This document shows, piece after piece, positions 50,171 through 62,074 of a stretch of DNA of 64,000 bases (position 1 is the first letter of the stretch; each line of letters opens with the position of its first letter). The notes below the pieces were generated by a model. That model did no database searches, was not told the DNA's origin, and saw only the letters and a list, made by a program, of their open reading frames with translations. The stretch comes from Torpedo marmorata (Eukaryota), in contig OZ360227.1 of NCBI GenBank assembly GCA_977017645.1, positions 85,870,001 to 85,934,000 on the forward strand, given 5' to 3'. The position numbers and the translations under genes are program-made.

Positions 50171-50865
50171 CAGTAAAATCCCCAGTATCTGGAATTCAAG
50201 CAACCGGCAACAAAGCGAGGAAATTAATAAATAATTAAGATGAATAAGAATAAATAAAAATTTAAATCAAAGTTTAAAATTGTGAAAGTAAATGTTCTCC
50301 GAAGCAACACACAAACCCTTGGTGAAGATGGGAGCAAACATTCAGCCAGCTGAGCGCTCTGGTCGTGCCCCGCCTGGAGCAGCTGTTTGAATAAAGTTTC
50401 AATAAAGTTGTGTTTGAATAAAATGGCGACACCCAGGATGAACCCGGTGCCGCTCACCACTGGGGTGACTCTCCCAAAGTGTCTCCCTATAAGAGTCTTT
50501 GTTAGTATTAAGTGTATTAATTAGTAAGGCTTTATCTGTAAACTGGGGTGGGGGGGGGGGGTTAATTATGACGACGGCACGGTTAGCGCAACACTTTTGC
50601 AGCACCAGCGGCCGGGGTTCGAATTTAAATTTTGTAAATTACGAGAATTACATGATTAAAATGAACTTTACATAATTAAGGACTACAATACTGATTTTTT
50701 TCAAATTACTTTACATTTTGCATTGTTTTGTTTTTTTTAAACTGTTTATTCTTTATGCACGTGGATTTAGTCATGCATTGTTAAGAGTGCATCTCAGGCA
50801 ACTGGAAAATTTGCATATCCAGCATCCACAATCCCCATAAATGCCGGATACTGGGGATCTTACTG
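50171..50865. mobile_element. Tigger-like MITE in HSPD1 intron 9
   Basis: TA|CAGTAAAATCCCCAGTATC ... GATACTGGGGATCTTACTG. Confidence 0.75.
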
Positions 50866-51060
50866 CATAGTTATCAAAAAAATTTAATAGAGGCGTTTCA
50901 GGTAATTTCTGCCGATGTCGAATATGTCTGCCTTACAGCAAAAAGGCAATTCTGTGTAATATGACACTGTTTAATTACATGACAATAAATTGAATCTACA
51001 GACATACACACACATATATCAAAGCACACATAGTATCTATTAAATATACAAATATTTTAC

Positions 51061-51306
51061 CTTCAACACTGCCACACCATCCGATAGCTTAGCCAGCCTT
51101 TCATTCAGCTTTTCCTTCTCATAGTCACTTGTGGTAACATCTAATGTTTCTGTTATTTCCTCAATGCGCCTTTCAATTGCAGCCTTGTCACCCTTTCCTT
51201 TCAAAAGCATGGTGTCATCTTTGGTGACTACAACCTCACCAACTTTACCAAAGTCATGAGCCTGGATGTCTTCCACGTTCAGACTGATTGCCTCATCTCC
51301 AAATAC
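51061..51306 (-). CDS. HSPD1: HSPD1 exon 9
   Basis: [24 protein letters not shown]...[17 protein letters not shown]. Confidence 0.97.
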
Positions 51307-51542
51307 CTACAAAGACCACAGTTAGAAATCTGTCTCTGCTAAAACCAATCCATTCATGAAATGTGTTGTTCTTGCTCTCTGAGAGCACAAAACGTTTTTT
51401 TAAATTCAGTAATTTTAGGACCAATTATGGAAGAAAAAAAAAAAAAAAAAAAAAAAATCGCTAAAAGCAGTGGCCACTGAAGCAATGTCTGACATGCAAG
51501 TGCAATTATTTTTGCAGCAAAGAACTGCACGACTCTACTTAC

Positions 51543-51642
51543 TGTACCACCAGTGGCAATGGCCATATCCTTTAGCTGGTTCTTCCTGTTGTCACCGAAT
51601 CCAGGTGCTTTAACAGCAACAACTTGCAAGCCAACCTTCAAC
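51543..51642 (-). CDS. HSPD1: HSPD1 exon 8
   Basis: [33 protein letters not shown], donor gtaagt. Confidence 0.97.
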
Positions 51643-52521
51643 CTGAAGATTAGAAGTTAGTACACTAAAGCTGCATGTATTTCATTATTTTGTATTAACA
51701 GCACTTCAATTAAAATAGATAGACTAAGCGCAATCGCAACACAAGTTCTTTCATAAACAAAAGATGTTTCAAGTAAATAATGCTGCTGTCATCTCCATGA
51801 AAATACTGGATTCCTGATTCACCCAAGACTATTAACCATTCTACACAAACATCAACTTTGATTCTTCACAATAACAAGCTGATATTCTAGTGATCCACCA
51901 TTTACTAAGCTCACATTAGCAACTCATGGATCAATGGAAGATTGCCTCAGCATGGTCCTATTCTCTGGAAGGCTCTCTCAGCTGATGGACAAAGCCCAGT
52001 GTCACACAGGACCTGCCCAAGTACAGCAGCCATTGATACTCCCAGAATGGCTTCAGCAGCTTACCCCCATGTCACTAGCTGACAAAGTTGTCACTAAGAT
52101 TGACAGCTGGCAAATATCTTACACAACTATTTCCAGATTATTAAAAAACATTTGAACAAACAAGATATCAAACAAGTTGCTTGGTTTCTGAGGAAGCTAC
52201 TTCTTCCCTTTCATTTCAACTTGGCCACAGTATCTGCAGTGTTAACCCAGCACATGTAGTGGGCAGATTTCCCAGCCTGAGCGCCGGGATATCTGAGAAG
52301 TCTCTGCTGTCCCAATGGACCCCGACATCCACCTGCACTATGTCTGTGACCCAGCACCAACATTTCAGCCTGTGTTCAGGAGTCCCAAGCTTCTGCCCAG
52401 TTAAGTGCTTGAATCTAAGCAGACCTGCTGGCTTTTGAGGTCTTGCCCCTCAATTTAAGAGACCAAAAGCTGTAGTTCTGTAGTTTTACAAGTCATAGCT
52501 CAAATTAAGGCTCGAACTAAC

Positions 52522-52690
52522 CTATTCAACACCAATGTGCTGAGTGCTTCTCCATCAATATCTTCAGCAATAATAACCAGAGGTTTACGATGTGTGTTTG
52601 CAATCTCCAAGGCTGGCACAATAGACTGCACATTCGAGATCTTTTTTTCACTGAGTACAAGGTAAGCATCTTGGAATTCACATTTCTGGC
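52522..52690 (-). CDS. HSPD1: HSPD1 exon 7
   Basis: [19 protein letters not shown]...[18 protein letters not shown]. Confidence 0.97.
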
Positions 52691-53344
52691 CTGTTAAATT
52701 CAAAACAATTTATGTTCCAGATATCTGATCAATTCAGCAGTTGGGAAACACAAGTGTGCTCAAATCCCAATGTGAAGTCCAAATATCAGCAAGATCCTTC
52801 CCGTGGAAGGCAGGAAGGGCAGCCAGGATTAACCTGTCCAGCCAATCCATTACAGTGATAAAACACAAGCATACAAAGACCTATCCCAAGAGGGAGAAAT
52901 TAATTGTATCTAGTTTAAAAGAGAAGAAAAGTGCACTACAGACATGGTAAAGGCCATAACTCTTCATGGTTCATCAATGCAGACACTCATTAAGATTGCA
53001 CAAACAAAAGACATTCATTCTAAAAGTATGGTGCTGCAAACAAAAGTCACTCCTAGTTCCTCTCAAGTGGTGCTGCTGCAGTCAACAGGATTCTCAATAT
53101 TGTATCCAGAATTCTAGGATTTGCACTGAGTGATCATGAATGAATTGTGGAGAGACAACCATAACTTGCAGATTACACCACTTAACATCCAGAGATCTAT
53201 ATCCAGGCACTAATCAATGGAGGGTAGGGAAAGAGAATGGAAAAGATATTACCGGTAGTTTAGTGTCTGTATAGTTTCCTCCACTCTGGCATACTTTTAT
53301 AACTAAAAATAAAACCAGGAACCAGTTGTAGGCCTGAAATGTAC

Positions 53345-53438
53345 CTTTAGCTGTGTTGATGAAGTAAGGAGAGATGTAACCTCGATCGAATTTCATTCCT
53401 TCAATTAATTCAAGCTCATCATGAAGTGTTTTGCCGTC
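53345..53438 (-). CDS. HSPD1: HSPD1 exon 6
   Basis: [31 protein letters not shown]. Confidence 0.97.
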
Positions 53439-53480
53439 CTGTTGTTCAAAACATGTAACAAACTGTTTAAAATACTCTTA

Positions 53481-53630
<150 letters not shown>

Positions 53631-54070
53631 CTAGAAAACAGAGATAGGAAAAACAAACCTTGGGTTACAAGATATTTACATAGATAATTACTCGCACTGC
53701 AGTCACTCAGAATATCCTATATAAAAGCATTACACCAATGGTCAAAATGAAGTTGCTTTACTATTTTATAAGCAAAACCTTAAGTCAACAATGGAGATAG
53801 ATGAGATCCAGACAAAATTGATGGTGTAGAACTTCTTTGGAGCTATCACTAACTTTACCGGAGGTTCCATTAATGGACATGAGCAGAGCTTCTAAAGTTA
53901 CACCACTGGAGAACAGCAGTGTCAAGGGAATTCCAGATCAACAAACTGGGAACAGAGGCTTGTGTTGAATTTACAATGCCAGCGATGAAGATGTTGAATT
54001 GGAAACCAGACAGGCAGGCCTCGGGGAGATTAAAGTTATATTTGCAGTTGAGGGGAAAAAAAGCTGCAAA

Positions 54071-54282
54071 TGCAGAAATCCTGAGCAATCAATGAGCAGC
54101 TAGAGGAACTCGGCTGCTGAGGCATCATCCACAAGTAGAAATGGTTGGACAACTTTCCAGGTTGGGACCCCAAGTCTCAATAAAGGGTCCCAACCCAAAA
54201 CAGTGACTCACCATTTCTACCCATGGATGCTATCTGACCCGGTGAATTTCTGCAGCTGCTCACTGTTTGCTCAGGATTGCAG
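54071..54282. mobile_element. Palindromic element made of two inverted Penelope-type termini
   Basis: Paired blocks AATCCTGAGCAA/TTGCTCAGGATT, GTAGAAATGGT/ACCATTTCTAC, GGTTGGGACCC/GGGTCCCAACC. Confidence 0.65.
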
Positions 54283-54724
54283 TCACCCATTTTCTATCAG
54301 ATTTCTCCAGTGCAACAAACATGCATTGGGTGAAGCATTGGAAGTCAGTGCTCTGGGACCTAAACAACAGGTATGGTTTAAGCAAACTTACTGTCACACA
54401 TCACAAAACAGCAAGATCAGAAGTGTGTGTATTCCAAAAGTGTAGGTCTCCCAGGGAAAAAGTGAAAAATTATAAATGGTGGGATTATATCACAAAATGT
54501 GGATCTGGTGGAATTACAAGGGGCATTCTGAAATTCTGGTGCAATAAAAGAGTTCCAAAAGAACTTGGCAACATACTCTACATAAAATTTGGAAGAGAAC
54601 ATGAAGAAAGAGCATGCATTATGTCCATTCTTTGAAAACGCAAAGTATCTGTTGAAAAGTACAGAATAAAAATGGTCTTTAATTTTGTAAGATTCCGAAT
54701 GCCCTAAAATGTGGTACGGTGTAC

Positions 54725-55457
54725 AAAGAAGATGGTTACCTGGGTTTGCAATGGGATCTAGATCAGATGGGGAACTGGGCTATGGAATGTAGTTCAAATC
54801 TGAAAAGTGTGAGATGCTGCACTTGGGAAAAATCTAACCAGGGCAGGACTTGCTGTTAACAGGCAGTATTATGGATCAGAGGGATCTAGGGTGCAAGTAC
54901 AAAGCTCTTTAAAGATGGCAGCGCAGAGTGCATTTGTGAGGCTTGACTTTGTTGGGGCACTGAATACAAGTGTTGGGATGTCAGGTGAAGTTATACAAGA
55001 CATTGGAGAGGCCACAATTGGAATATTATGTGCAGTTTTGGTCACTGAGCTACAGGATGGATATTATAAAGTTGGAAAGGGCACAGGAGAGGTGTACAGA
55101 GTTGTTGCAGGATGAGGGAAGGTGAGTTATCACGAGAGACTGGAAAAACTAAGCCCGTTTTCCTCAGAGTGAAGGAGACCAAAAGGGGATCTTGTTAAGG
55201 ACTATAAAACCATGAGGGTCATTGATAAGGTGAATAGTGACTGTTTCCGAGAGTGGGAGAATCAAAGATGAGGACATAAATACATGGTGAGGAGGGTGGG
55301 ATTCACGGGGGACATGAAGGGATAGTTATTTACAAAGAGGGTAGGTAGGGACATATGAAATGAGCTGTGAACAAAGTTATGGAGGCAGCTATGTTAGATT
55401 CCCTTCAAAAAACGTGGATAACTACATGCATGAGTATGGCCTAATGTGGGCAAGTGG
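54725..55457 (+). mobile_element. Degenerate CR1 3' fragment
   Basis: LQWDLD, RDLGVQVQSSLK and other CR1 C-terminal remnants. Confidence 0.65.
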
Positions 55458-56387
55458 TTACTAATGGAGGTGTGCCTAAATTTATTTCTCAAATGTACAG
55501 ATTGCTACAGAGGAAACTTCCTAAAACAGGAATTCATAAATCAAGATTAAATTGGGAAAAAGATTTGAATGTAACAATAGATGAAGAGCATTGGAAAAAA
55601 TTATGTAAACAAAGTATGACGAAGATTATTAATGTTAGATATAGATTGGTGCAATATAATTTTTTTCATCAACTATATTTAACACTTAAAAGACTAAAGA
55701 AATTTAATCCAACATTATCTGGTTTATGTTTCAGATGTAATAAAGAGGAAGGTTCTTTTGTACATTCTACATGGGTTTGTCCAAAAGTTTATGATTTTTG
55801 GTTGAAAGTTAAAAAATTTTTTAGATAAAGTATTAGGAACTACACTTCCAATGGATCCTATGATATTTTTGTTTGGAGATATTGAAGGAACCAGTGTTAA
55901 AGGGAAATTAAATATGTACCAGACAGAATTTTTACGTATTGCTTTAGCCGTTTCTAAGAAGTGTATTGCCACTACATGGAAGTCGGATGTAGACTTAGGG
56001 TTGGGAAGATGGCACGCAGAATTGCGTTCATGCATACCACTCGAAAAAATTACATATAATTTACGTGATAAGTATCATTTCTTTTTGGAAGTATGGAGCC
56101 CATATATAAAAATTGAGGGTTTAAGGATTTGAAGATCTCTGGACATCGGTTCTGGCTGGCGAGCCTATCCTCCACAATAAGATCAGTTTATAGTTGTTCT
56201 TTTTAGATTGACATTCTCCTTACTCTATCCTTTACTTCTTCTTTCTTTCTTTTCGGGAGGGTTAGGGAGGGGAGGGAGGGAGGTGGGGTGAAAATGTATC
56301 ACATGTAATTTGAGAAATTTGCGTTTTAAACTGTGTATTGTGTGATTAAAAAATTTTAAATAAAATATTTTAAAAAAAATTTAAAAA
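55458..56387 (+). mobile_element. 5'-truncated L1-clade LINE
   Basis: Same family as 6475-7390. 15-bp TSD AATGTGGGCAAGTGG (55443-55457 / 56388-56402). Confidence 0.92.
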
Positions 56388-56548
56388 AATGTGGGCAAGT
56401 GGGACTTCTAGCCACGTAATGGAGTCTATCTGCAAGCATGCAGAAAAAGACCACTCTCAATTTGTCTTTCATTTGGTCTTCTCATTTGGAATCACAGCCA
56501 AATGGCAAGTTGAAAGACTTAGTTACTTGTACCTTATAAAGTATGGCG

Positions 56549-57185
56549 TCAGAATGAGAAGTTCAAATTCCTGGGTGTCAACATCTCCGAGGATCTGTCC
56601 TGGAGCCTCCACGTTGATGCAATCACAAAGAAGGCTTGCCAGCGGCTATACTTTGTGAGGTGTCTAAGGAGATTCGGTATGTCACCAAAGACACTCGTAA
56701 ACTTCTACAGGTGTACCGTGGAGAGCATTCTGGCTGGTTGCATCACTGCCTGGTATGGAGGCGCCAACTCTCAGGACAAGAATAAATTCCAGAGGGTTGT
56801 TAACTCAGCCTGCGACATCACAGGCACCAGACTTCACTCCATCGAGGACATGAGGCAGTATCTTAAAAAAGCAGCCTCTATCCTCAAAGACCCCCACCAC
56901 CCAGGCCATGCCCTCTTCACTCTGCTACCATCAGGAAAAAGGTACAGGAGCCTAAAGACGAGCACTCAACGGCACAAGGACAGCTTCTTCCCCGCTGCCA
57001 TCAGATTCCTAAATAATCAATGAAACAAAGACACTGCCTTACTTTTCGTGCACTATTATATATATATATATATTTTAAATATAGTAATGTCATAAGATGG
57101 TTATAATATGAATGTTTGCACGATGATGCTGCCGCAAAACACCGAATTTCATGACTTGTTCATGACAATAAATTCTGATTCTGAT
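56549..57185 (+). mobile_element. Rex-Babar LINE 3' fragment
   Basis: Closely similar to 20157-20770. Tail AATAAATTCTGATTCTGA. Confidence 0.85.
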
Positions 57186-57666
57186 AATACAGTACCACTG
57201 GAAGTATGCATATTGGGAATAAAAAATTTAATACATTCGAGCAACTGTGGGCCACACAGCATCTTGGACCTACTCAAATATTCAATATTATGGCTGATCC
57301 TTAACCTCAGTTCACTATCTCATCCTTCCCCCAGCCATTCAATTCCCTCAAGCCCAAAAATCCATCATTCTCAGCTAGAATATATTCAATCACAAAATGT
57401 ACAAAGCTTGTGGGTAAATAATGTTTAATTTCACAAGGAAGGATAATTTTTGCTCCTTATCAGTTGCAAAGACAAATCACAACCCCCCCCCCAAAACTAA
57501 TTTCAGAATCTTTGTTCACAGAAGCAGCCTCCAAACACTCACCTCCTTATAGCAACACGAGGCAGGATGAGTGCTTTTGATATTTAACAGTATTTGAAAC
57601 TATGACTTGAAAACCCCAATTTAACATAAAGAACCTGTATTCCTACATATTCTCAGAAGCATCTTA

Positions 57667-57777
<111 letters not shown>

Positions 57778-60061
57778 TCATTATTTGAATTAAGAGCAGT
57801 AAGTAAAAATCTCAAAGATTATTTTCATTTTAAGAATCTCGTAAAGGTAACCAAATGGTGCAATGTGAAATGTTGCAGAGAAGTATTCCCATCCTATCAC
57901 TAGATGATGCTACTTGGAAATATATTCCTACCACAGCCCCACCCAGAGGCCACAATTCCTATTCCAAACCTCCAGCAGTAAATTGATTTGTTGAAAAATG
58001 CAACATTTTGCAATGAAACTTAGCACTTCCTACCCATTTATTACTCAGATGAAAGAACTGGATGTGTGGAACATTTAACAGTGACAACCGAATACAACAA
58101 ATCTAACAAGGATCGATTCCACCAACTCCCAGTGAGAGGAATGTGAATATTCAAAGCACCTTCTAAATTGCAATAATTTGGGAAATTACTCCCAATTTTC
58201 TATTTTACAATAAAAATGAATACATTACCTACACAATCACATCTCCTTCTTGCGTACATCCTTTTGTCTCACAAACATCCTCACTACTCCAGAATCTGAC
58301 TGCTAATTGAATTTGCTGTGCAGGTTTAATATATTTTCTTGTTATAATAAACGAAGCAGCTGTTTGCACCAGATTTAATCCTGGCTCTCAGAGCAACCCC
58401 AACAATCTCATTCCTCCACTGATGTTGTCTATAGCTTACTCTTTTACAAATATCTGTTAATAGCCCAAAGTCTCCACCACACTTAGAGCAAATTACAGTG
58501 GCCAAATAATCCACCAACCAGCACATCTTTGGGATATGGGAGAAATCCAGAGCACCCGGAGGAAACCCACATGGCCACAGGGAGAACCACAGGTCAGGAC
58601 TGAAACAGAGTCATTGGAACTGAGCAATGTAGGAGATTAATGTTATACTTTTTAATTTTAACGATACAGCATAGTAGAAGGACCTTCCAGCCTAATTACA
58701 TCCAATTAACCTTCCAAACCCAATACAATATGAGGGTGGGAGAAAACCAGAGTATCTGGAGAAAACCCACGCAGGTCACTGGGAGAATGTAAACTCCTTG
58801 CAGACAGGAACGGATTCAAACCCGGATCGCTAGCACTGTAATAGCGGTGCGCTAACCACGAATGGGAACAGAAAAACAATGGAATTGCCCAGAACTCAGT
58901 GCTGTACATTCTTTGCTCTGTGACCTATTAGTTAGCTATAAACCCAAAGATTTACAGATCTGTAGTAAGAGGGTTTCAGACATGAAAAATGTAGCCACCA
59001 ATCTCCAAAAATAAGAGGAATTGGATACTAAATATAATTCAACAAAACACTGCAACCATTCACCAAACAATGCAAATCAATTTAGAAGGGATCCAACCAG
59101 AAATACCAGACTGTGCATGGACTGGCTGTCAAACCGCAATACACCCAGTAAAAGATGGAGACTAAGAGCCAAAGGCACGGTTCTTACCTTCATGGCGGCG
59201 TTCCGATGGTCCCAGTGGGTGTCGGAGGAGTCATGGAGTTTATTAGGCTGTGCTAGGCCTATTGACTGCTCTGCGCGTGCGCCGCCGAGCGCATGTGCGG
59301 CGGGTAGGTGGCTGGAGCATGCGCGCGAATCGGAAAAGTATTAAAAACATGGCGACGTAGAGGAGGGTGAGTGAGATCGTCATAGTTTTCATTGACCGTT
59401 ATAAAGAATCGTTATTAACCCACGTTATTAAGAATCGTTATCGCGGATTGTCCATATTTCGTTAAAGAAGATATTTAAGTTATTGAAGATTGCTACAAGT
59501 CATCGTGTGTTAATAAAGCTTTTGAACCTATTGGACTTGTTAGTAAATTAATTGAAACGCGTCAAGAACAAGTATCTATTGGATTGAAGTCAATATACTT
59601 TAGTCAATGAAAACTTTATTGTTTGGAATGGAAAATTGAAGAATAGAAGATAGAAAATAATCTCTGTGCTTTGGATTGATATTTAAAATAAAATGGTGGC
59701 CATCTTGGAAATGCCTCGAGTTAGGGGCAGTTTGTAATCCACATCAATCTGCCATGAGTAACAGCCAGAGAGGGATTCAGAGCTTCTAATCTTATAGTAA
59801 GTGTCCTATAGACACGTTGGTAAAACCATTTCTTGAAAATCAGCAATATTATTGACGTATGCTGCGGTGAAAACTCGTTTGTTAATAGCAGCACATTACA
59901 GCCATCTGAAGTGGTAGGCATACGTCTGTGGACTCCTTCTGTGTATCTTTGGCAATTGTGAACACTGTTTGGATTTTGCTGCCTGCCGCTAGTCCATTGG
60001 GGACTGTTGATTTGGCTTGTGTTGTGCATGCTCGACAGACGGTGGAACAAGACGAGAAAAA

Positions 60062-61045
60062 ATGGCCATAGCAGCCGCTTATGTTGCTGTTGAGGAACGA
60101 CGTATTGAAGACATGAAGGTTGCGGATCTCAAAGAAAAATTGAGGCGACGGAAATTAGATACAAGTAGAAATAAAAAGGTTCTCATTGCAAGACTGAAGC
60201 TGCCAAAGGAAGAAGAGGCGGCTTCGGTCGATGAACATGAAGACAGCAACGTGGAAATGGCTGAAGATGTGTCACCAAATGGTGATGAAGATGAAGAAAA
60301 CGAAGAGGATGAAGATGCAAAGGATGTACAATTCAAATTGGAGAAAGAGGTAAGTAAGAAGACAACATCTGACCTGCAGCACGAAATACAAGCATGTGAC
60401 AGTGTCTCAAATGTTGAAAGCAGGAGAAGCAAACTAAGTTCTTCTGGTTCAAGCTCCAGAGCTTCTCGTACTTCAAGTTCTGCATCGACACGTACAATGA
60501 TTAAAGCTGAATTGGCTGCTCTTCTTGCACGACAAAATTCTCTTAAGGATAAACATGTTTTAGAAGAACAGGAGGAGCAGCTACGGCAGAGCCAGGAGCA
60601 GCTACGGCAGAGCCAGGAGCAGCTACGGCAGAGCCAGGAGCAGCTACGGCAGAGCCAGGAGCAGCTACGGCAGAGCCAGGAGCAGCAGGAGCTGGAAGCA
60701 AACATTGCTATTGCCAGGGCAAAAATGAAGGTACTAGAAGGCTCAATGGTATCTGGTGCTCGGAGTAAATTATCTAAAGTGCATGATAATAAGAAGTCGT
60801 ATTTTAAAAGAGAGCCACAGGAAAGGAAACCAGCCCAAAGGGTAGATATTTTAGTACCACCGATACAAGACATGCAAATACAAGGACAAATCCTCCCAGA
60901 GCATGGTGTTATCGAGTCACATGTACCAGTGGTAACATCCGAAGACAAAGCTGAGGCTTGGGTTCGGTCAAACGATGCAGCTCCCTTAGCATTCGAGTCA
61001 AACATCAGAAATACAGGAGAACCTGCACCAGTGAGGTTTCCAGAT
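60062..61045 (+). pseudogene. N-terminal part of BEL/Pao Gag: SAP-like motif, acidic tract, Ser-rich tract, coiled-coil
   Basis: IEDMKVADLKEKLRRRKLDTSRNKKVLIARL; DSVSNV..SSSGSSS..AELAAL typical of fish BEL Gag. Truncated by LINE insertion. Confidence 0.65.
60574..60686 (+). repeat. Perfect 21-bp tandem repeat x5 encoding EQLRQSQ
   Basis: GGAGCAGCTACGGCAGAGCCA repeated without mismatch. Confidence 0.97.
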
Positions 61046-61478
61046 CAAGTCAAGTCACCTTTATTTGTCGTTCATTACCATATACACAGTAAGACGAGAT
61101 ATCGTTTCTCCAGGACCATGGGCAGATGTACATAAATATCATAATACAATAGAAAAAACTATAGCATGCTAGTACACATATATATCTAGGAATTGAGGAG
61201 CCTGATGGCTTGGGGGAAAAAAACTGTTGCACAGTCTGGACGTACGAACCCGAGTGCTTCGGTACCTCTTTCCAGATGGCAAAAGGGAAAACAGTTTACC
61301 AAAGGGGTGTGAGAAGTCCTTCACAATGTTTTTAGCCTTCCTCATGCATCGTGTGTTGTAGATGTCTGTAATGGTGGGGAGAGAGACTCCAATAATTTTC
61401 TCCGCTGCCCTCACTATCTATCCTCTGCAGGGTCTTTCGGTCCGACGTGGTACAGTTTCCAAGCCAAGCGGTGATGCA
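61045..61478 (-). mobile_element. Rex-Babar-type LINE 3' fragment inside BEL gag
   Basis: RAAEKIIGVSLP..HPFGKLFSLLPSGKRYRS. (TGACT)n tail. Confidence 0.8.
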
Positions 61479-62074
61479 TTACCTGTTACAAGAGGCGGTG
61501 AACAGAGTAACGTACTATCATCCATGGAAAAACAAAATGAAATCGCTGCATCATTGATTCAGTTAGTCTCTATCTTCATTGCCCAAGAAAGAGATACAAG
61601 CTTTTGATGGTGATCCACTTCAGTACCAAGCGTTTATGAGATCTTTTAGACGCAATATTGAAAATAAGTGCCAAGACCCTGAAGAATGTCTATTATTTGG
61701 AAATGTTCACAGAAGGACAGCCAAAGGAACTTGTTAAAGAGTTGTCAACGTATGTCCTCGGATAGAGGATTAGACAGAGCTAAGTCTTTACTAGAACAAC
61801 ATTTTGGCAACAAGCATCGAATTGCTTTAGCTTATATGGATAAAGCTCTTAAATGGACATCAATAAAACCGAATGATGTAAAAGCTCTACAAGCATATAC
61901 TCTCTTTTTAAGAGGATGTTGTATTGCTATGGAAGATATCGATAATATTTGTGAGCTTGACGTGCCTGGTAATATGCGAATCATCTTAGAAAAATTACCC
62001 TACAAGATGTGGGATAGATGGAGAAATTTAGCTTGTGATTTCCAGGAAAAATACGATCAAAGAGCTACCTTAAA

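Noticed and set aside
52402-52423. TAAGTGCTT resembling a miR-302/430 seed
   Set aside because: No convincing precursor hairpin with the upstream sequence.
60079-61005. 308-aa Cys/Ser-rich minus-strand ORF
   Set aside because: Antisense shadow of the low-complexity Gag ORF.
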